Source of the DNA: Leptolyngbyaceae cyanobacterium | GTDB lineage: Bacteria > Cyanobacteriota > Cyanobacteriia > Phormidesmidales > Phormidesmidaceae | Assembly (NCBI GenBank): GCA_050331235.1 | Contig: JBHJHA010000035.1 | Coordinates: 1 to 64,000 of the forward strand | Length of the DNA stretch: 64,000 nt | Reading direction: 5' to 3' | Shown here: in pieces, positions 60,929-64,000 of the stretch | How the letters are laid out: each line of letters begins with the position of its first letter | Position numbering within the stretch: the stretch's first letter is position 1 | Program-made: the position numbers and the translations under genes | Notes under the pieces: model-generated | What the model saw: the letters and a program-made list of their open reading frames with translations, nothing else | What the model was told of the DNA's origin: nothing | The model's database searches: none

Positions 60929-61181
60929 AATAATTGGGCTGAGTTCTTCATGTTTCTCTGTACAGTCCTTTGCCCTTCTAAGTCGCGTGATAGACTGACT
61001 CTTGGCTGATTTAAAGGCTGTCCGGTCGAGCTGTTCGGCAGCTTACACTGGTCAATTTTATGAGAAAAATTTTCTGGAAATGCCAAATTTAACTTGGCAT
61101 TTTGCTCATGTGCGATCGCAATTTCAGAAGTAGGAAATCGTATTTCTGGAATTTTTAAGACTGATTGGGAGAAGAACGTTC

Positions 61182-61691
61182 ATGCGGGACGCCGTAACGA
61201 CATTAATCCGAGACTACGATTCGACAGGACGTTATCTAGACCAAAACGCCCTCGACTCCTTGAAGAGCTACTTTGATACGGGAATCAATCGGGTGCAGGT
61301 GGCGACCATGATCAGCGCCCAGGCGGCTGAAATAGTCAAGGCTGCTGCTAATCAACTGTTTGAGACGGTGCCTGAGCTGCTCCGCCCAGGCGGGAATGCT
61401 TACACGACTCGCCGTTATGCAGCCTGCCTGAGAGATATGGACTATTACCTCCGCTACGGCAGCTATGCCTTAGTAGCTGGTAATTCCGACGTATTGAATG
61501 AGCGCGTGTTGCAAGGACTGCGCGAAACCTATAACTCTTTGGGCGTGCCCATTGCTCCCACCGTTGTCGGCATTCAAATCATGAAAGACATGGTGAAAGA
61601 GAAAGCGGCTGATGCGGGTATCGAGGACACCAGCTTCGTTGACCAACCCTTTGACCATATGCTGAGAGAGCTGAGTGAAGTCAGCATTTAA
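61182..61691 (+). CDS. apcF: Allophycocyanin beta-18 subunit
   Basis: MRDAVTTLI..YD.TGRYLD and RPGGNAYTTRRYAACLRDMDYYLRY. 169 aa, divergent from glnA. Confidence 0.95.
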   Translation: MRDAVTTLIRDYDSTGRYLDQNALDSLKSYFDTGINRVQVATMISAQAAEIVKAAANQLFETVPELLRPGGNAYTTRRYAACLRDMDYYLRYGSYALVAGNSDVLNERVLQGLRETYNSLGVPIAPTVVGIQIMKDMVKEKAADAGIEDTSFVDQPFDHMLRELSEVSI

Positions 61692-61729
61692 GCGATAGAT
61701 TTGCCTTTCCACTTGAGAAACTGGAATGT

Positions 61730-61756
61730 GGGGTGCCGTTTGGCGCCCCTTTTTTT
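61730..61756 (+). terminator. Rho-independent terminator of apcF
   Basis: GGGGTGCCG-TT-TGGCGCCCC-TTTTTTT. Confidence 0.8.
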
Positions 61757-61874
61757 GTATGACTCTCGCATGGCCACTTTCTATTCAGTCGGGCTGATTC
61801 TATCTGGTCGGGCCGACTTGCGGCGGAGTCACTTACCCTAAGAACAAAGATTGACAGTCAGTTGGTGGGCAGCA

Positions 61875-63176
61875 ATGGCATCCTACTTTGCGGGTTTAGA
61901 CTTTGGCACTTCGGGGGCGCGGTTGGCGGTGATCGATGCCGACCAGCAGGCGGTGGTGGGACATCACACCGACTTTGCCTCGGTTGATCCTCAGGACTGG
62001 CCCCAGCAGTGGCTATCGGCGTTACGGAACCTACTGGCAAGTCTTGCTGCCGATGTGCGATCGCAGCTGCGGGCGATCGCGATCAATGGCACTTCCGCGA
62101 CGGTGCTGCTTTGTAATGAGGTCGGACAGCCCGTTACCCCGCCGTTGCTCTACAACGATGCTCGGGGACAAACTCAGCAGGAATTTTTGGCGACCGTCGC
62201 CTCAGCTGGTAGCCCGGCGCTGAGTGCCACATCTAGCCTGGCCAAGCTTCTGTGGTGGCGACAAACCCTGCCATCCGAGACTTGTCAGGAGGCGCGCCAC
62301 CTAATGCATCAAGCGGACTGGTTAGCCTGTCACCTCCACGGTCAAATGGGTTTGACTGACTATCACAACGCACTCAAACTGGGCTATGACGTCGATCAGT
62401 TGCGATATCCTGACTGGCTGAGCGAGGCGTTACAACCGATGAGCCTCACGGCTTGGCTGCCTGAGGTACAGGCTCCCGGTTCCCTATTCGGCTTGGTCAG
62501 TGCTGCCGCTAGGGCACAGCACGGTCTGCCCAATGACTGCGTCGTCATCGCCGGTACCACTGATAGTATCGCCGCCTTTCTGGCCAGTGGTGCTAAGGCT
62601 GTGGGCGAGGCTGTGACCTCTCTCGGGTCGACCCTCGTGATCAAGCTGGTGAGCCCCATCCAGATCAATGACAGCCGTTATGGGATCTACAGTCATCGCT
62701 TAGGGGCCTGCTGGTTGGTGGGTGGAGCGTCTAACACTGGCGGAGCAGTCCTCAAGCAATTTTTTACGGACGCTGAGCTGGAGACGCTGAGTGCCCGCAT
62801 CAGCCCCGAGCAAGCGTCGCCGCTGCGATATTACCCGTTGCCAAAGCCTGGAGAACGCTTTCCTTTGAATGATCCGCAGCTGCTCCCCCAAATCTCCCCA
62901 CGGCCTAAGAGTGACGTTGAATTTTTGCATGGGTTGCTAGAGGGAATTGCTCGAATTGAAGCGCAGGGATATCAGCGACTCACTGAACTAGGAGCCCCCC
63001 CAGTGAAACAGGTGTATACCGCAGGAGGAGGGGCGAAGAATCAGGTTTGGCAAACCATTCGCCAGCGCTGTCTGTCAGTGCCGGTAGTTCCTGCTGAGGC
63101 GACGGATGCTGCGTTGGGGACAGCAAAATTAGCTTATCAAGGCTGGCTGGCACAGCCAACGGAAACAGAGGCATAA
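61875..63176 (+). CDS. FGGY-family carbohydrate kinase (ribulose/xylulose kinase-like)
   Basis: GLDFGTSGAR, INGTSAT, GTTDSIAAF, TSLGSTL, GGASNTGG and TAGGGAKN. Confidence 0.93.
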   Translation: MASYFAGLDFGTSGARLAVIDADQQAVVGHHTDFASVDPQDWPQQWLSALRNLLASLAADVRSQLRAIAINGTSATVLLCNEVGQPVTPPLLYNDARGQTQQEFLATVASAGSPALSATSSLAKLLWWRQTLPSETCQEARHLMHQADWLACHLHGQMGLTDYHNALKLGYDVDQLRYPDWLSEALQPMSLTAWLPEVQAPGSLFGLVSAAARAQHGLPNDCVVIAGTTDSIAAFLASGAKAVGEAVTSLGSTLVIKLVSPIQINDSRYGIYSHRLGACWLVGGASNTGGAVLKQFFTDAELETLSARISPEQASPLRYYPLPKPGERFPLNDPQLLPQISPRPKSDVEFLHGLLEGIARIEAQGYQRLTELGAPPVKQVYTAGGGAKNQVWQTIRQRCLSVPVVPAEATDAALGTAKLAYQGWLAQPTETEA

Positions 63177-63213
63177 AACAAAAAGCCTGAGACACACGCT
63201 GTGCATCTCAGGC
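63175..63213 (-). terminator. Rho-independent terminator of petG
   Basis: Minus strand reads GCCTGAGA...TCTCAGGC-TTTTTGTTTT. Confidence 0.75.
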
Positions 63214-63263
63214 GGACTCGCGTGGGGCCGAGACCCGTGCGAGTCGAATGTTCGTGGCAGAGA

Positions 63264-63380
63264 TTAGTCGATATCGAGCTGGTTACCGCGACGATATTGC
63301 ATGTAGGCCGCAACAAAGAGACCAGCCAAAGTTACCGGAATCAAGCCCAGCACAATTCCACTCAAAAGGGGTTCAACCAC
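63264..63380 (-). CDS. petG: Cytochrome b6f subunit V (not in the ORF track)
   Basis: GTG start after [44 protein letters not shown]. Confidence 0.97.
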   Translation of the reverse strand: MVEPLLSGIVLGLIPVTLAGLFVAAYMQYRRGNQLDID

Positions 63381-63585
63381 GCCAAACGGCTCCTTACAAT
63401 CACAGCAGTTGTCTAGTGTGTTTTTATTATCTCATTCTTGTTGAGAAGTAAGAAGCAGTTGCTAGGAACAACCCGCGATCGCTTAATAGTTTGCAATATA
63501 TAAACCTTAAGGGAAGGTTTGTATGCTGATTGCTCTCGCTTTTTTTAAGCTATGTTAATAATGCAACATAAATTATGCAGAATCC

Positions 63586-63975
63586 TTGACTGACAACGCG
63601 CTTGAACAAGAAAGACAGCTGTCATCGGCGACAGTTTTACGAGTCGCCGGCTGGGTTGGCCTCATAGCTGCGATCGTGTTGGTCGTGGTCTTTTGGGTGC
63701 GGCACAGCTTTGCCGCAGAACCCTATGTCCAAGATGTTTTATCCCTCACGGGGGATGGTGTCCGGGGGCAGGAAATTTTTCAGATGAACTGTGCGGTTTG
63801 TCATGGCATGGAAGCTGACGGTGAGGTAGGTCCCAGTCTTTTAGGCGTTTCGGCACGCAAATCAAAGTCAAAGCTGATTCAGCAGGTGGTCAGCGGCAAT
63901 ACGCCACCGATGCCGCAGTTTCAGCCAGAGCCTCAAGTAATGGCCGACTTGCTTGACTATTTGGAACAGCTGTAA
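63586..63975 (+). CDS. cytM: Cytochrome cM
   Basis: N-terminal TM, PYV..VL.L.GD..RG..IF..NCAVCHG and G.TPPMP.FQP. Divergent from petG. Confidence 0.9.
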   Translation: MTDNALEQERQLSSATVLRVAGWVGLIAAIVLVVVFWVRHSFAAEPYVQDVLSLTGDGVRGQEIFQMNCAVCHGMEADGEVGPSLLGVSARKSKSKLIQQVVSGNTPPMPQFQPEPQVMADLLDYLEQL

Positions 63976-64000
63976 TCAGCGCGTGAGGTCAGCCGAGTCA

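Larger units (their letters stand above)
716..63482. repeat. HIP1 octamer GCGATCGC dispersed across the window
   Basis: Many copies in coding and non-coding DNA, e.g. 716-723, 950-957, 1658-1665. This is a cyanobacterial signature. Exact count not computed. Confidence 0.95.

Noticed and set aside
63201..63451. Two plus-strand ORFs (71 and 67 aa)
   Set aside because: They are antisense shadows of petG and its terminator.
1..64000. CRISPR array, rRNA or tRNA genes
   Set aside because: By eye I found no regularly spaced 25-40 nt direct repeats, no cas genes, and no rRNA or cloverleaf signatures in intergenic space. Not computationally excluded.

Overview
This is a 64-kb piece of a cyanobacterial chromosome: the HIP1 octamer GCGATCGC is dense throughout and psaI, psaK, petG, apcF, cytM, pxcA and ado/aar are present. 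Content is mostly core genome: infC, hisS, pstCAB with a Pho box, rpsL-rpsG-fusA-tuf-rpsJ, typA, rimB-like/rimK, ado-aar-accA-SDR-folE, trpF, and glnA with a canonical NtcA promoter divergent from apcF. The window opens inside an IS630-family element. Several small genes are missing from the supplied ORF track: psaI, petG, a 58-aa membrane protein and a probable 48-aa secreted peptide. The best candidate for an undescribed system is a compact, multi-stem, potentially pseudoknotted non-coding segment (about 1985-2100) directly upstream of a 65-aa basic protein. Other notable items are a one-base frameshift in trmH, an ATC start codon for infC, two motif-A substitutions in the family-4 UDG, a cNMP/degenerate-AAA+/membrane Fe-S fusion protein, an orphan Rieske oxygenase with an NtcA-type box, and a 220-bp inverted-repeat-bounded element between bcp and cruP. 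I found no rRNA, tRNA or CRISPR array. All calls come from reading the sequence by eye; no database search or folding program was run.
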